Of a stretch of DNA of 64,000 nucleotides, positions 28,870-42,278 are shown piece by piece. The notes under the pieces were generated by a model. That model searched no databases, was not told the origin of the DNA, and saw only the letters and a list, made by a program, of their open reading frames with translations. Origin of the DNA: Chrysomallon squamiferum (lineage: Eukaryota > Animalia > Mollusca); NCBI GenBank assembly GCA_012295275.1, contig CM022677.1, positions 7,874,001 to 7,938,000 on the forward strand, written 5' to 3'. Made by a program: the position numbers and the translations under genes. Within the stretch, counting starts at the first letter, position 1; every line of letters begins with the position of its first letter.

Positions 28870-29753
28870 GAAGTTCAGTGGGCGCGAGATTATACTGATA
28901 AATAAGAATAACAGCTAATAAAAAACGAAAAGGGATAATGAGGAGTAAACCAATAACGTTAGCAACTCGCCGGTATGATGGCAATGACGCCGATATTAAT
29001 AGAAATATTAATAACATACTTTAATATAGAATGCGCACGTTACAAAATAAGAATAAAAGCGAATAAAAAGCGAAAAAGAATAGTGAAGTGTACACCAAGA
29101 CATTAAGAACAATGCTGGAACTACGGCAATGACAGTCTCATTAATAGAACGAGTAATGATATTTTTTAACGTAGGATGTGATAATAGGATTGCAATAGTT
29201 AATAAAAGGCAAAAGAATAAGGTGAAATACAACGAGAACATTAAGAACAACTCAGTAACGACGGTAATGATGGTGTATTAATAGAGATAACAATAACATA
29301 TTTTTGTATAGGACGGGCACGGTGAGAAAATAAGAATAACATAGAATAAAAAACGAAAAGGAGTACACCAGTAACGACAGGAACAATCACCGTATCACGG
29401 GAACGTCGGCGACATTAATAGAAATTACAATAATATATTTTAATAGGTGATGCGCCTGCTCAGAAAGTATAATACAAATAATAATAATAACAACAACAAC
29501 AATAATTAGTGAAAAGAGCTAAAGAATAACGAGAATATATTCTAATATATCAGAAAATTGTGAGAAAATTTTATATGACAAACACGGAGGTGCACTCCAT
29601 CGTATCTGAAAAACATCCGAAGGTCAGCGAGTGCAACGTGAAAAGTCTACTCAGCCACAGAAGAGAAACAAGAATTATCTTAAACAACAAGAGCCGCGCA
29701 TTTATTATTTCAAAATACTAATTAATAAAATATTTGACAAATAATAATAATAA

Positions 29754-29784
<31 letters not shown>

Positions 29785-30110
29785 AAGAAGAACAACAACA
29801 ACAACAACAATAATAATCATAATCATAAAATCAACAAATATTTTTTAGTGATAGTACTAAATAATAATTTTCCTTAAACGTTTTACTTTCGCGTTCGATG
29901 TGAATAATTATATAAAATTATTCACTTCGAACGTTGAAAACAACGCTGTTACGTTGGTAGCGACGGCGACATTAATAGACATATTAATAATATAGGATGT
30001 ACACACTGAGATGGAAAGAATAATAGCTCATAAAAAGAGAAAAAGAATATTGATAAGTACACCTAGAATATTAGGAACAAACCCTTTCCGACGGCAACGA
30101 CGGCAACTCT
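28870..30110. repeat. Diverged ~140-bp tandem repeat (4 copies plus a detached copy)
   Basis: Anchor motif cggc/taatgacg..attaataga..taa at ~28995, 29140, 29277, 29414 and again ~29971; also recurring aagaataa..aaaaacgaaaag..gtacacc.. Confidence 0.7.
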
Positions 30111-30884
30111 ACTGTTCTTATAGTTTTTAACCGTTACATACTTAAATGAATATCTCTAACAGTCATATATATTATTTAATTTATTATTATTGTTATAATT
30201 AATATTCGGTATGTGTTTTCGTTCCCCTTAACTTTTACAATTTAATTATTGAAAACAGAAAATGATGCTGCCCGACTGAAATAACAATGTAAGGACAAAT
30301 TCAGGTAATATTTTTATTTTCATTTTATTTATTTATTTATTTTATATTATTATATATATATATATATATATTTTTTTTTTTAGGTACTTTAATGCGTCCA
30401 TATATGCTAATCAACATTAATTTCAACAAATAAAAATAAAACAAATAAAAGACTGGAATCAGACTTTTAATCGGTTCCTTGTTAGATATTCTGCAAAATA
30501 AATTGAAGTCGAAATTCTGAAATTCTTTGATTGAGGGTCTAGGGGAAGTAAATCTAAGTAATAACACGACAATACCGCTAAGATACGAGGTATCTAAGCA
30601 AGTTTGTAACTTGAAAAATAATAAGAAAATCCTGAAATAATTGTCTTTGGATGGAAAATAAAATGTAGAAGCCAACTTCTATACTATGGTATAGTATCTA
30701 AGTTTATATATTTTATCTACTCATAATAACGTTATTTGAATTCTTGATTGAAAGTAAAACGTAGAAGCCAACTTCTATCTAAGTTTATATATTTTATCTA
30801 CTCATAATGACGTTTGAAAATTTTGTTTAAGTTGAAAAACTAGTTACGAAAGCCGCATTACATCGTGGTTTGGAAAATGAACAG

Positions 30885-31045
30885 CCATCTTTATCTTTTT
30901 CAGTGTAAATCATAAAAAGTTCAGAAAACAGATCTAAAATAATTGAATTTGGGAATTTAAAAACTTCCGTAAGCTCACGGAAACCTCCGATCAAAATCCA
31001 AGATGGCAGCGTCGAACGCCGATCTGTTTTTACAAACTTTTAAAC
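30885..31045 (+). repeat. Dispersed ~150-bp direct repeat with YY1-like CAAGATGGC motif (partner at 45945-46097)
   Basis: tcagtgtaaatcataaaaagttcagaaa...ccgatc.aaatccaagatggcagc.tcgaacgccgatc present at both loci. Confidence 0.8.
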
Positions 31046-32739
31046 ACGTGTTGTTGTTATCAAACATAAAGAAGAACGCAGATTACCTCATCTGTATTTC
31101 AGTAAAAGAAATGTTCTAATAATTTATAATAATTATTATTATTATCACGATGATTACTATGATTATAATTATTCTTATTTAAATTTGATATTGATACTAC
31201 TACTACTACTACTAATAATAATAATGATAATAATAATCATCATCAAAATTTAATTTTTTTTTTTTTTCAAAACTGTTCATTTGGACTCTGTAATTTGTAT
31301 TATTTCATTATCTTGTTACTATTTCAGTAATATTTTATTTGATGACATTTTATTATTTTTCTGTCTTTTTCTATAATTTATTTATTTAATTTATTTTTTT
31401 ATGTATTTTAAATATATACTTCTGTGTGCATGTGTGTGTGTATTTCTTCTTGTCTTTTATTCTTCTAATTTCTTCTTATTCCTGTGTTATTCATATTTCT
31501 TCATTTGTTTTTATTTGTTTTCATTTTTGTGTTTTCTTTAAAGTTATTTTATTGTCTATTTTATAAACAATTTTTTATTGTTTATTGTTTATTGTTATTT
31601 TTCTATATTGTAATTTTTTCATAATCTTCTTTTTCTTCTTGTCTGTATTTATTTTTAGTTATTTTAATGATAAGCAAGATTTTTGTAATAATACAATTTA
31701 CTTATTATTTTTCAGTCTCCCAGTTTCTGTACATAATTCTTATTATTCTTTCTGTTTGTTTCTTTATATTTTAAATTCTTAATTTTTATTTTAATGAATT
31801 TTATTGTTTATTTATTATTTTGTTTTTATTATTATTTTTGTTGTTTTGAAGCTACTGACCATTCTTACTCTTGTTAATTTTCTCCTTTGTTTCTTTTTGT
31901 TTCTTATCTTCATTTCCTAGTTTCTGCATTTTCTTATATGTTACCATTATTTGTTATTTACTTATTTTTTCCTGACATCACTTAAAATGACTATATTATT
32001 TCTTTTTGTTCTTTAGTTGTCTTTCTTTTATCATTTTAATTTCTTTTGTTTTGTTTTTTAATTTTGTTCTCCTGCTCATTTTATTTGAAGAATTAGAATT
32101 ATTTTCTTTTTATTATTATGTATGTATATGTATTTATATTATTATTATAATTTTAATTTTAATTTGATTTATTTATTTATTTATTTATAGTATTAATATT
32201 TTCAATCTCTTAACTGCATCTCCATCTTTCAATTTTATTTGATTATTTATTTATTTAGTTATTATTATTACTGTAATTATTATTTTTTTTTACAATCTAG
32301 TTTTAATTCTTTTTATCATTATATTTCTTCTTCAGTGGGGAGCAGACTTCTTTTTTAGTGTTTTATTAAAACAAGTTATCTAGTAATATCTCAGAGAATT
32401 AATATTTTTGTTACTAGTGTAGATGTTCTGTTTTCCTAATTCAAAACCTGTTTCCATTGATGATGTTGTATTTCTAGTGTTTGCCGAACAAACCCAAACA
32501 ATAATGAAGTTGTAAACTTGTCAATATATTTTGTTTTCTGAAAATATTATTATTAGTGATTTTTTTAGAACCAGTATTATTCTTATAACTTGTTTGTTAC
32601 TATTAGTGTATTTTAAATAGATATCAATGATTTGGATAAATATTTTTTATTTATATTCACTTAATGTTTTCTCTTAATTTCAAGGTCTGCCCTCTGTTTA
32701 TATATATATATATATAATTTTCTATGTTTTTTTTATTTC

Positions 32740-34192
32740 CACAGAACTAACATGGGTTTCACATCATTGAAAAAGAAACAGCAGTCAGCACCAACAACAT
32801 CATACCACCATTAGACTGAGACAAACTGACAGTCAGATTTTAAAACCTTTAAAAATATTCAGGTAAATATGTCTGTAAATATGTCTTAGTCTGTCTGTTT
32901 CTCTCTCTGCCTGCCTCCCTATTTATTTATTTTATTTCTATCTCTCTCTGCTTTTCTGTTTGTCTGTATTTCTTTCCTTGAAAATGTTCAGATAAATATG
33001 TTTGTCTTTCTTACTATGTCTCTACTTACTATATACTTAAATGTTTTTCTGTCTGTATCTTTATGTATCATTTGTTATTTGTTCCTAATTATCATGTTTT
33101 TAGTTTTCTTTCTTTTTTCTTCCTTTCTTTCCTTTATGTGTTTTAAAAATTATTTTGAAAGTTGTAATATTTTGAAGTATAACAAAGATAGAAAATATTA
33201 TATATTATCTTTCTGTAAGTTTTCTTTTGATAGTTCTGAACATAAATAGCTTTAGAATCAGTAATTTAAATAATTTTAAATTTATTTATAGTTTTAATTT
33301 ATAAAAATGCTCTTAAAACAATTTGATTATTTCTAGTTTATTTATTTTTATTTATTTATAAATCTTTCTGCCTATCTTCTGTCTATCTATTTGATGTATC
33401 TATCTATCTATCATTTATTTATTTTCTTATTATTTTCAATTTATTTAAAATATAATCATACTGAATTACATAATATTCGCATTAATTATTATCAACCTTT
33501 TCATTATTTTTGTAAAATTACAACCTACTAAATAATTTAGTGTTCTGTATTTTCATTATTTTTTTTAACTAGGTTTTAAATTTATCAGGAAACAGTTTTG
33601 GATCCCAGGCTTTCCGAGCTGTGTGTTTGCAATGTGTTCTAACACAACAGTGATCTTCCTTAGCCTCACTACCAACAAAACAGAATGCTGTGAGTAAACT
33701 TAAAAATAGTGACTTTCAACACACTAAAGCTATAAACAGTAACTATTACTATTATATATCTATATTTACTGTGTCTGTTACGGCTATTTCTACTGTTGTT
33801 AATATTATTTTTACTTTTATTATTACATCTACTACTACTACTACTACTCTGGTGTCTGCAGTTATTTACTACCTCTACATATCATATCTACTTGTACTAT
33901 ACAACCTAAGCTAATTCTACCACAGTTATCACTATCACTACTACTAGTACTGTTTTACTAATACTACAAACTATTACTACTACTAATACTGCTTTACTAA
34001 TACTACACACTATTACCACTAGTACTACAACTAGTCCTGTTACTACTAATTATTACCACTATTACTGATACTAGTACGATTACCACTAATACTACAACTA
34101 TTACTACTCCTGATACTATTAGCACTAATACTACAACTACAAATTCTGCTGCTGCTGTTACTACTACAACTTTTCTTTATCTGCCACTATTT

Positions 34193-34247
<55 letters not shown>

Positions 34248-34802
34248 GATACTCTGTCTCTCTTTTCCTTTCTGTCTTTCTCTCTCTGTCTCTATACTGA
34301 TACTATTTCTCTTTATTGCTCTCTCTCTCTCTCTCTCTCTCATTCTCTGTGTGTGTGTGTGTGCGTGTGAGTTATTGTATATATGAAATTGTGTGTTGTG
34401 CAGGTGTGTATGTTTTTATATGGCTATATGCCTGTATAGCATCTATCTTTCTCTTTGTATGTATATAACATTTTAATATTAGAATAATTTCATTATTTAG
34501 TTTTATTAACAGAAGCCAGTATGTGTGTTATTGTCTGTTTGTGTCAGTCAGTGTAATATAAAGATTTGTGTACTGCAGTCATAGAAAGTTCTTCTCTCAC
34601 TGAACTTAATCAGCAGCAATCAGGTGGGTGTGTCACTAACTAGTCAATCAGAACTCAGCCTGATTAACCAACCAATCTTCAGACAGAGATCAGCCAATCA
34701 GAATTAATTAGCTCAATATTATTTTTGTACTCACTATGCTTATTTTAATCACTGTCATTAAATTATGTTCTGCTAATGTAGATTCTGCACATTGTTAATT
34801 AC

Positions 34803-34845
<43 letters not shown>

Positions 34846-35054
34846 GTTCTTATTTGTTTTTATTAACAGCTGGGATCACTAAATTTTGTACTCAGTTTTT
34901 TTCTGCTGTTTTCAATCATCCAAAGATGACTGCTTTTTGTCTGAACGATGCAAAACTTAACAAACCAAACACTTACTGTTGAAGGTTAATTTAGATTTGT
35001 AAAATAAAAATATATATTACTCTCTCTCTCTCTTTCTCTCTCTCTGTGTATATA

Positions 35055-35101
<47 letters not shown>

Positions 35102-37195
35102 TACACATACATACATACACAAGTGTATTTCATTCTGTAACTAGGTTTGACAAATTTGTCCTTATTATATTTGTTCTACTTTTTTTTCTTTTTCTCCTGA
35201 TAGTTAAGATACCGTTACCAGGTTTGTTAATACAGCTTTTCACATATTTAAGATATTCTAGATTCCAAATCAGTCACAAGTTCTCTATAGGAATAAAGAC
35301 TGAAAATTGTTGTTTAACCAACCAACTATTTGAGTTTCCATGGAAAACTCCTTTCTTTGAAAGATGTGGACATTGGAAATTGTCCTGATCTTTCTGTATC
35401 TAACATTAACGATTTAGTTAAACTTACTTCAGGTAATTTCTGTTTAAATTTTATAACTTTTTCTAATATTTGAAAAATGATTCTGTATATAATCCTTATC
35501 TCTCTGTATCAGACATAGACAATTTCGTTAAACCATATGCTAAGAATATTAAACTCTGTGTGAGTGCGCATGTATATCAGCAATAGTGAAAATTGCCAAT
35601 CTGATAATAGTATGCGTGTATGTTTGAGTGTGAGTATAGAGATAACTGCTACTCAGATAATAGTGAGTATATTCTGTGTGTACCTGTTTGTGTGAGTGTA
35701 TCAGCAATAGTGATAATTGCTACTCTAATTATAGTGTGTGTGTTTCTGTGTGTGTATCTCCAATAGTGATAATTGCTATTCAGATAATAGTGTGTGTGTG
35801 TGAAAAAGTGACAATTGCTGCTCTGATAATAGTGTGTGTGTGAGTGTATCAGTAACAGTGATAATTGCTACTCTGATTATACTGTGTGTGTGAGTGTATC
35901 GGCAATAGTGGTTCTTGCTACTCTGATAATGTGTGAATCAGCAATAGTGATAACCTCTAGTAATAGTGTGTGTGTGAGAGTATCACAGATAGTGATAACT
36001 GCTACTCTGATAATAGTATGTATCTGAGAGTGTGCGTGTCTGTGTGCATATTTGTGTATGTATGTGTGAGTGTATCAGCAATAGTGATACTTGCTTCTGT
36101 GATAATACTTTGTGTGTGTATGTGTGAGTATATCAGGAATAGTGATAATTCCTACTCAGATAATAGTGTGTATGTGTGTGTTTCAGCAATAGTGATAAAT
36201 GCTACTGTCATAATAGTGTGTATGTATCAGCAATAGTGATAATTTGTGTGTTTGTGTGTGTCAGCTATAGTGATAACTGCTCCTGTCAGAATAGTATGTG
36301 TGTTTATCAGCAATAGTGATAACTGCTACTCTGATAATAGTATGTGTATGTCAGCAATAGTGATAACTTCTACTCAGATAATAGTGTATCAGCAATAGTG
36401 ATAATTGCTATGTGTGTGTGTGTCTGAATGTATCAGTAATAGTGATAATTCCTACTCAGATAATAGTGTGTATGTTTATCAGTAATAGTGATAACTGTTC
36501 CTCTGATAATAGTGTGTGTGTATGTGTGTGTTAAGAAATATTTGGTTATCAGTTTATATGTGATAACTGTGTGCAATGGTGATGACTGCTACTCTGATAA
36601 TAGTATTTGTTTGTGCTTGTTTGTATGTGTATCAGCAATAGTGATATCTGCTACTCTCTTAATAGTATATGTGAGTGTGTTTGTTTTGGAGTGTATCAGC
36701 AATAGTGTTAATTGCTACTCTGATAAAAGTTTGTGTGTTTGTGTGTGTGAGTATATCTGCAATAGTGATAATTGCTACTCTGATAATAGTGTGTGTATAT
36801 CAGTAATAGTGATAATTGCTACTCTGATATTAGTGTGTATGTGTGTATCAGTGAGTGTGAGTATATCAGCAATAGTGATAATTGCTACTCTGATAATAGT
36901 GTGTGTGTATCAGTAATAGTGATAATTGCTACTCTGATATTAGTGTGTATGTGTGTATGAGTGAGTGTGAGTATATCAGTAATAGTGATAATTGCTACTT
37001 AGATAATAGTGTGTGTGAGCGTGTGTATCAGCAATAGTGACAATAGTGTGTGTGTGTGTGTTAATAAATATTTGGTTATCAGTTTATATATTTAAATGCT
37101 TTGTAGAAAATACTCAGGCCTGTTTTATTTAAATCTGATGGTGCCCTTAGTCTTTGTTTATACCACCAAGGGACACAAGTCTGAGTTAAAGATCT
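32740..37195 (+). repeat. Right copy of inverted segmental duplication (partner at 725-6760)
   Basis: Same blocks as 725-6760 in reverse complement; lacks both MULE insertions. Confidence 0.85.
35570..37060. repeat. Minisatellite of ~36-bp hairpin-capable core separated by variable (TG)n spacers
   Basis: Core atcagcaatagtgataattgctactctgataatagt repeated roughly 25-30 times; AGCAAT/ATTGCT and ATCAG/CTGAT dyads. Confidence 0.9.
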
Positions 37196-38432
37196 TGAGA
37201 GGAAACTTATTAGATAATAAATTATTTTTGTATTTTTCAGAAAAAATTAGTTTTTAATTCAAAATATTAAAATAAAAGCTTGCATATTGTTTGAGATTTA
37301 TTATGTTTAATTTTATTACTATACCTACACAGGAGGAACAATAACACATCTGAAAAGCATCTTGTAAATACAATAGTTTTCAGTTCTTTATTATTTGTGA
37401 CAGAGATGTAATTAGCACCAAAAAACATCAGCAGCAACATGTAACATGGTGGTGACAGTAGCAGCTATGATGTAGTAATAGTAGCAACAGCATCAACAAT
37501 AGTAATAATAACAGCTACTACTGTATCAAAAAAAAACTAGAAAGCGTAGTAGTAGTAGTAGTAATAATAATAATAATAGCAATGTAGTTTTTATAGAGGT
37601 GCAGTAGGAACAATAGCTGTAGTTGTAGTACAGAACTGGAGGCAAAAGTCAGGTATAGTGATGATGTCATAATATTTTTATTTCTTTCTCACTATCTCTA
37701 ATTTTCTCCTAGCCTCTCTGGATCTCTCTTTCACTTTCTTTCTTCCTTTCATTATCTTTCCCTGTTCATAAAGTTTATATAAGATAATCTTTAAACAAAG
37801 TAGTTGGTTTTTGCCTTGATGCACATTGAAAGGCTCACATATAACAAAACATTTGAAATAATAAAAAAAAAAAGTAATGGTAACAGAAAAAAAAAAATTA
37901 AAAAATATATTCTTTCATTTGTAATTATGTGTATTGATATCATGTGCTTATAAAATTATGTCAGTTCTTTTTGTGAAATGGACAGGGATGAAAGCTTATC
38001 TTTAAATAACTGACATTTTTGATAACCATTGTTTTTAGAAACTACACAAATGAATGAATGAATGAATGTCAATTCTACTTCATAGAAAATGATTTTAAAA
38101 ATGCTCTGTAGAAAATGTTCTGATACAAAGAATGATAATTTCAACCATACAACTTAACTCTTAACTGATGATTGTTGCCTCTATCCAGTGTTCTGATATA
38201 GAAAATAATACTTTTTACCATCCTGATTTTCTTAATACTCTATTCAACATTTTCTGATACACATGATAAAATATGCTGTTAATTCACACACTGATCCTGA
38301 TATTTATGTGCTGATAAAATACAAGGACCAAAGTTTATAAAGGAAATCATATTTTTATTAGATTTTTGTTTTCAAACTGATCTTTATCGTTGTTGTTTTC
38401 ACTGAAGTGTTTTTATAAGAAGTGTTTTGATA

Positions 38433-38900
38433 ATGTCAGAAAGACCAGGGACATCAACATCAGCATCACTCACCACTGCTGAAACAACACAACAGCCTGA
38501 ATCAACATAACAGCCTGAATCAGATGAGTCAGTTATTTGTTCTTTGTGTTCAGAAGAATTTTTAGATAAATATCATATGGTCTCATGTTTACCTGAATTT
38601 TGTTTCAGCTGTGTGGAGAGGTGGTCTAGAAGCAGAAGAAATTGTCCAGTTTGCTCTGCAAGATTCACCGCCATCGTGTACAACTTAAGAGATGGAAACT
38701 GCGAGATGTACACATTGCCACCTCTCAGAGTCAGAAGAGTCAGACGACATTCTGCAGCTGGACTCATCAGGCGTATATTGGCGTATATCGGTGGTATATT
38801 TACTTTTATTAGTCGTATATTTAGTTCTCTGTTGTGGAAAATCTTATTTGTTCTAATCGAATTTTGTCTTCTGATAGGTCGTTTACTAGGATTTGTATAA
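38433..38900 (+). pseudogene. Intronless Topors/ICP0-like RING-HC finger protein with C-terminal hydrophobic segment; premature stop
   Basis: ATG 38433 in frame with CSLCSEEFLDKYHMVSCLPEFCFSCVERWSRSRRNCPVCSARFTAIVYN. In-frame TAA at 38508; the Zn-ligand His position reads Pro; hydrophobic tail LLWKILFVLIEFCLLIGRLLGFV. Confidence 0.8.
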
Positions 38901-39169
38901 TATTAGAAACCTGACAATGTTATTCTAGGTGTATTGCTTTAACTTCAGCTGGCATCCTTCTGTCATTTTTTTATTTTATGATGATGATAGTAACAGTAAT
39001 AGATACAGACACTTATTTGTAAAATATTTATTTGAAGTTGATAATATCTGCAGTGATAATAACTTTCTGTCCCTTTTGCCCCAGCATATCAGTGCTATAG
39101 GAGATTGTGTTGATGATGTTGACGTGAAGCTGGTTATGCTCCTTGAAGCTCTATAACCTTGAGAGTCAA

Positions 39170-39375
39170 AAGAGTCAGAAGAGTCAGACGACATTCTTCA
39201 GCTGGACCCATCAACCGTCAGTCTGTTATCAGTCGTATATTTACTTCTCTATTGTGGAAAATCTTATTTGTTATATTACAATTTTGTTATCTCATAGGTC
39301 ATGTACTGGGATGTGAGTAATATCTGAAACCTTACAACATTACTCTAGGTGTATTAGCTTTCCTTCGGCTGGTAT
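39170..39375 (+). repeat. Tandem partial duplicate of the RING gene 3' end (38727-38955)
   Basis: agagtcagaagagtcagacgacattct.cagctggac...ttgtggaaaatcttatttgtt...ctaggtgtatt.gctt..cttc.gctgg repeated. Confidence 0.85.
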
Positions 39376-41669
39376 CAGTTGAAAAAAAGAAGTTGAAAGA
39401 TGAAAGTTCTGAAAAAAAAAAAAAAAAATTGATAATGATGATGTTTGTGTGTCTCTGTGTGCGAATGTGTGTGTGTGAGTGTGTGTGTGTGTGTGTCTGG
39501 CTATTTTTGTATAGATAACAACTGCTGAAATCTCTATATTTATAGCCCATTTTGCATTCACTATTTCCGAATCCTTTGCCTAATTTTGATTCAGATTAAA
39601 CTGATTTGACATACAGATATTATTATCATGATGCATATACATATCTAAAAACATTGACGGTAGTTACAAATATTTATGGGAATTATAGGCCTAACGCTGG
39701 GTTAGATCTTTTCTCAAGTTAGATCTGAAATATGTCTAGTCGACGTATTTATATTTCCCGCCGATCTTTCTACGTCACTGCAAATCTTTATTTATTTATT
39801 TATTTTATTTTATTTTATTTTATTTTATTTTATTTTAAAGCTACCGAATTAAAATTCCAACAGAAAAATTGCTTGATGCAAATCCTGATAAAGATGAGAC
39901 AAGAATCATATATGAATTTAATTTCAATTAAAATGGTCTCAAATTCTGAAATGCTTTCAGTGTTTCTTGAAAACTGGAGAAATAAACAAACAGGAATAAA
40001 AAAGAAGTCCATAAACATTAATCAGAATAGTGACATATATAATGTATGGGCTCATACCTAGGATGCCACGAAACGATTTTTGTTCTGATAAAATTATTTA
40101 AAAGATCTTGGTATAAGGTGAACTGTCAGTGTTTGACATAGGCATGGTTTATTTTAGATACGTCTTTGAATGCAAAAGAACCAATTAATAAATTTTAGCT
40201 TTTAAAAATACGTTAGTTTTCAGCAGAGTATCTTAGATACACCTGCCTTATTAGTTCATATTTGTGTTTTAGAACCAGTTCATCCAAGAAAACTAAAACG
40301 AAGGTAAATTAAAAACGACGTTATAATAATCTTTTAAACTGTTTTAAATCTCGTAAAAATAACAATTCAGAACTTTGTTTTAAATTTTGTTGTAAAAGAA
40401 AGTAATAGTAAATGAAAGACGTATAAAGATAATAAAATGATGACAATTCGATTTAAACACTGGAATAATATTTACCTTATGAAAAATTAGAATGTAATTT
40501 GATATTCAGTCTTGCTATAACGACATATTGTTTTCATCTACATCCAGTGTTTGTCTGTCTGTTTTATGACCGCATTGACTGTCTGACCACATTTCCCTAG
40601 TCACCTCCTTTACTCCTTTTTATCTTTACAGACGCTAACACAATAGAAACATGCTGTAATAAAATCGTTTATCTTTTGTTAATCTTCATGTATTTAGTCA
40701 TTTCATATCCTAACAACATAAATGTATTTTCTTGACTCATTATTTCATTACATTTCATTACATTGTGTCACTTTTAACTTGATTCACTTTAATCACTCTT
40801 TAATACAGTTTTAAACAGACACGCACACACACGCACACACATTAATATTAATAATCAAAAGAAATATTACCACAGTACAATTGAAATTTCACAAATATAG
40901 TAAAACATATTAAATTTCACATTTAACATTTCAGCGCGCCAGGAAAAGACCCGAAAAAAGCAAAAAGCATTTCAAGAAAGTAATATTCTACCATTACCTG
41001 CATATAATAAAGAAGTCAGCTCTTCGTGATTTTTAGAATCTACATTTAACTGAGAAAACAAAAATTAACAAATACCGCAAATAAAAGTAGAAATCCAGCC
41101 TCCCCCCCCCCCGAAATAAAAAATTATATGAGAGTAGTCTCCCTTCAGCTATAGTTTATTTCTTTCTTCTGTTTGTGGGGTTCTCGGTGTACGTCATTGC
41201 ACACCACAGAAAATCGCTGATAACGAAACATCGTATATAGCTGTATAATGAGTAATAAACGTAAATGTGTAGGTACGTTCCAGGAATATCAATTTTCATA
41301 CAATATAAACAATATACCGTATCTATTAATATGTGATAAATAACTAAAATATAAACAATAAAAATAAATACAGTGGACGCTGTCAAAACCGGATGATTCA
41401 TTGAGACCAACGTGATATACCATTTTAGACAGAATGCAGATTTCTAAAGACTAAAATAACATAAAACTGGAATATTTTATTATCACAAATGTTAATGGTC
41501 TATCAGCTGTCAGAGGATGAAAAGTCTGTCATTGATGACGCCTACGTGAAACTGATGTACGTGAAATTATCAGTAGTTTTTATGAAGCAAAATAGAGGAA
41601 AATATTATAAAACATGACGTTATTTTCACTCAGTATCAGTTTATAATATAAACGTCGCTGGTTTTATGT

Positions 41670-42239
41670 AATCTCTTCTGCTGTTAATCAAATATTACAT
41701 TTATAGTGATCTGACTTTTTATTTTATAGTGGCATTCAGCGCTGGACTTCTAAATTCAGAAATAAATAACTTAATGACTAGATATAGAGGGGAAGCCCTC
41801 TGTTGTGAAATATTTTTCTGTTAAACTGAGTTACAGCTTCTTCTCTACAAAATATATATATATATATATATATATATTTAAAATTAATTCTGAACAGGTG
41901 AGAAGTTACACTTTACTTGAATCACACAATTTAAGTTTGCAAAGCAAACGACATTAAAATTAAAATTCACAGAGATAAGCTAAGTTTTCTGTTTTGTAAA
42001 ACGCGACGTAATTCACATTTTATATATAAAACCTGCGACGTTTATTGATACTTAGTGAAAATAACGTGATGTTTTGTTGTTTTACCTCTATTTTGCATCA
42101 TAAAAAATACAATCTTACCTGAAGCTTTTAAAATATCAGATTAAACTAGCCCATCTCAAATACATATATAATGATACATACTATTAATATCCAACATCCA
42201 ATATAAATTGTGCAGTCGGTATTAAAATTAAAATAATAT

Positions 42240-42278
<39 letters not shown>

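Noticed and set aside
30055-30072. 12-bp match (attctaggtgta) between the 140-bp repeat and the RING gene 3' flank
   Set aside because: Too short to imply homology in AT-rich DNA.
34610-34710. Cluster of CCAAT-like boxes
   Set aside because: No associated TSS or element boundary identifiable.
35570-37060. CRISPR array
   Set aside because: Spacers are TG microsatellite-like, repeats are degenerate, there are no cas genes and the context is eukaryotic.
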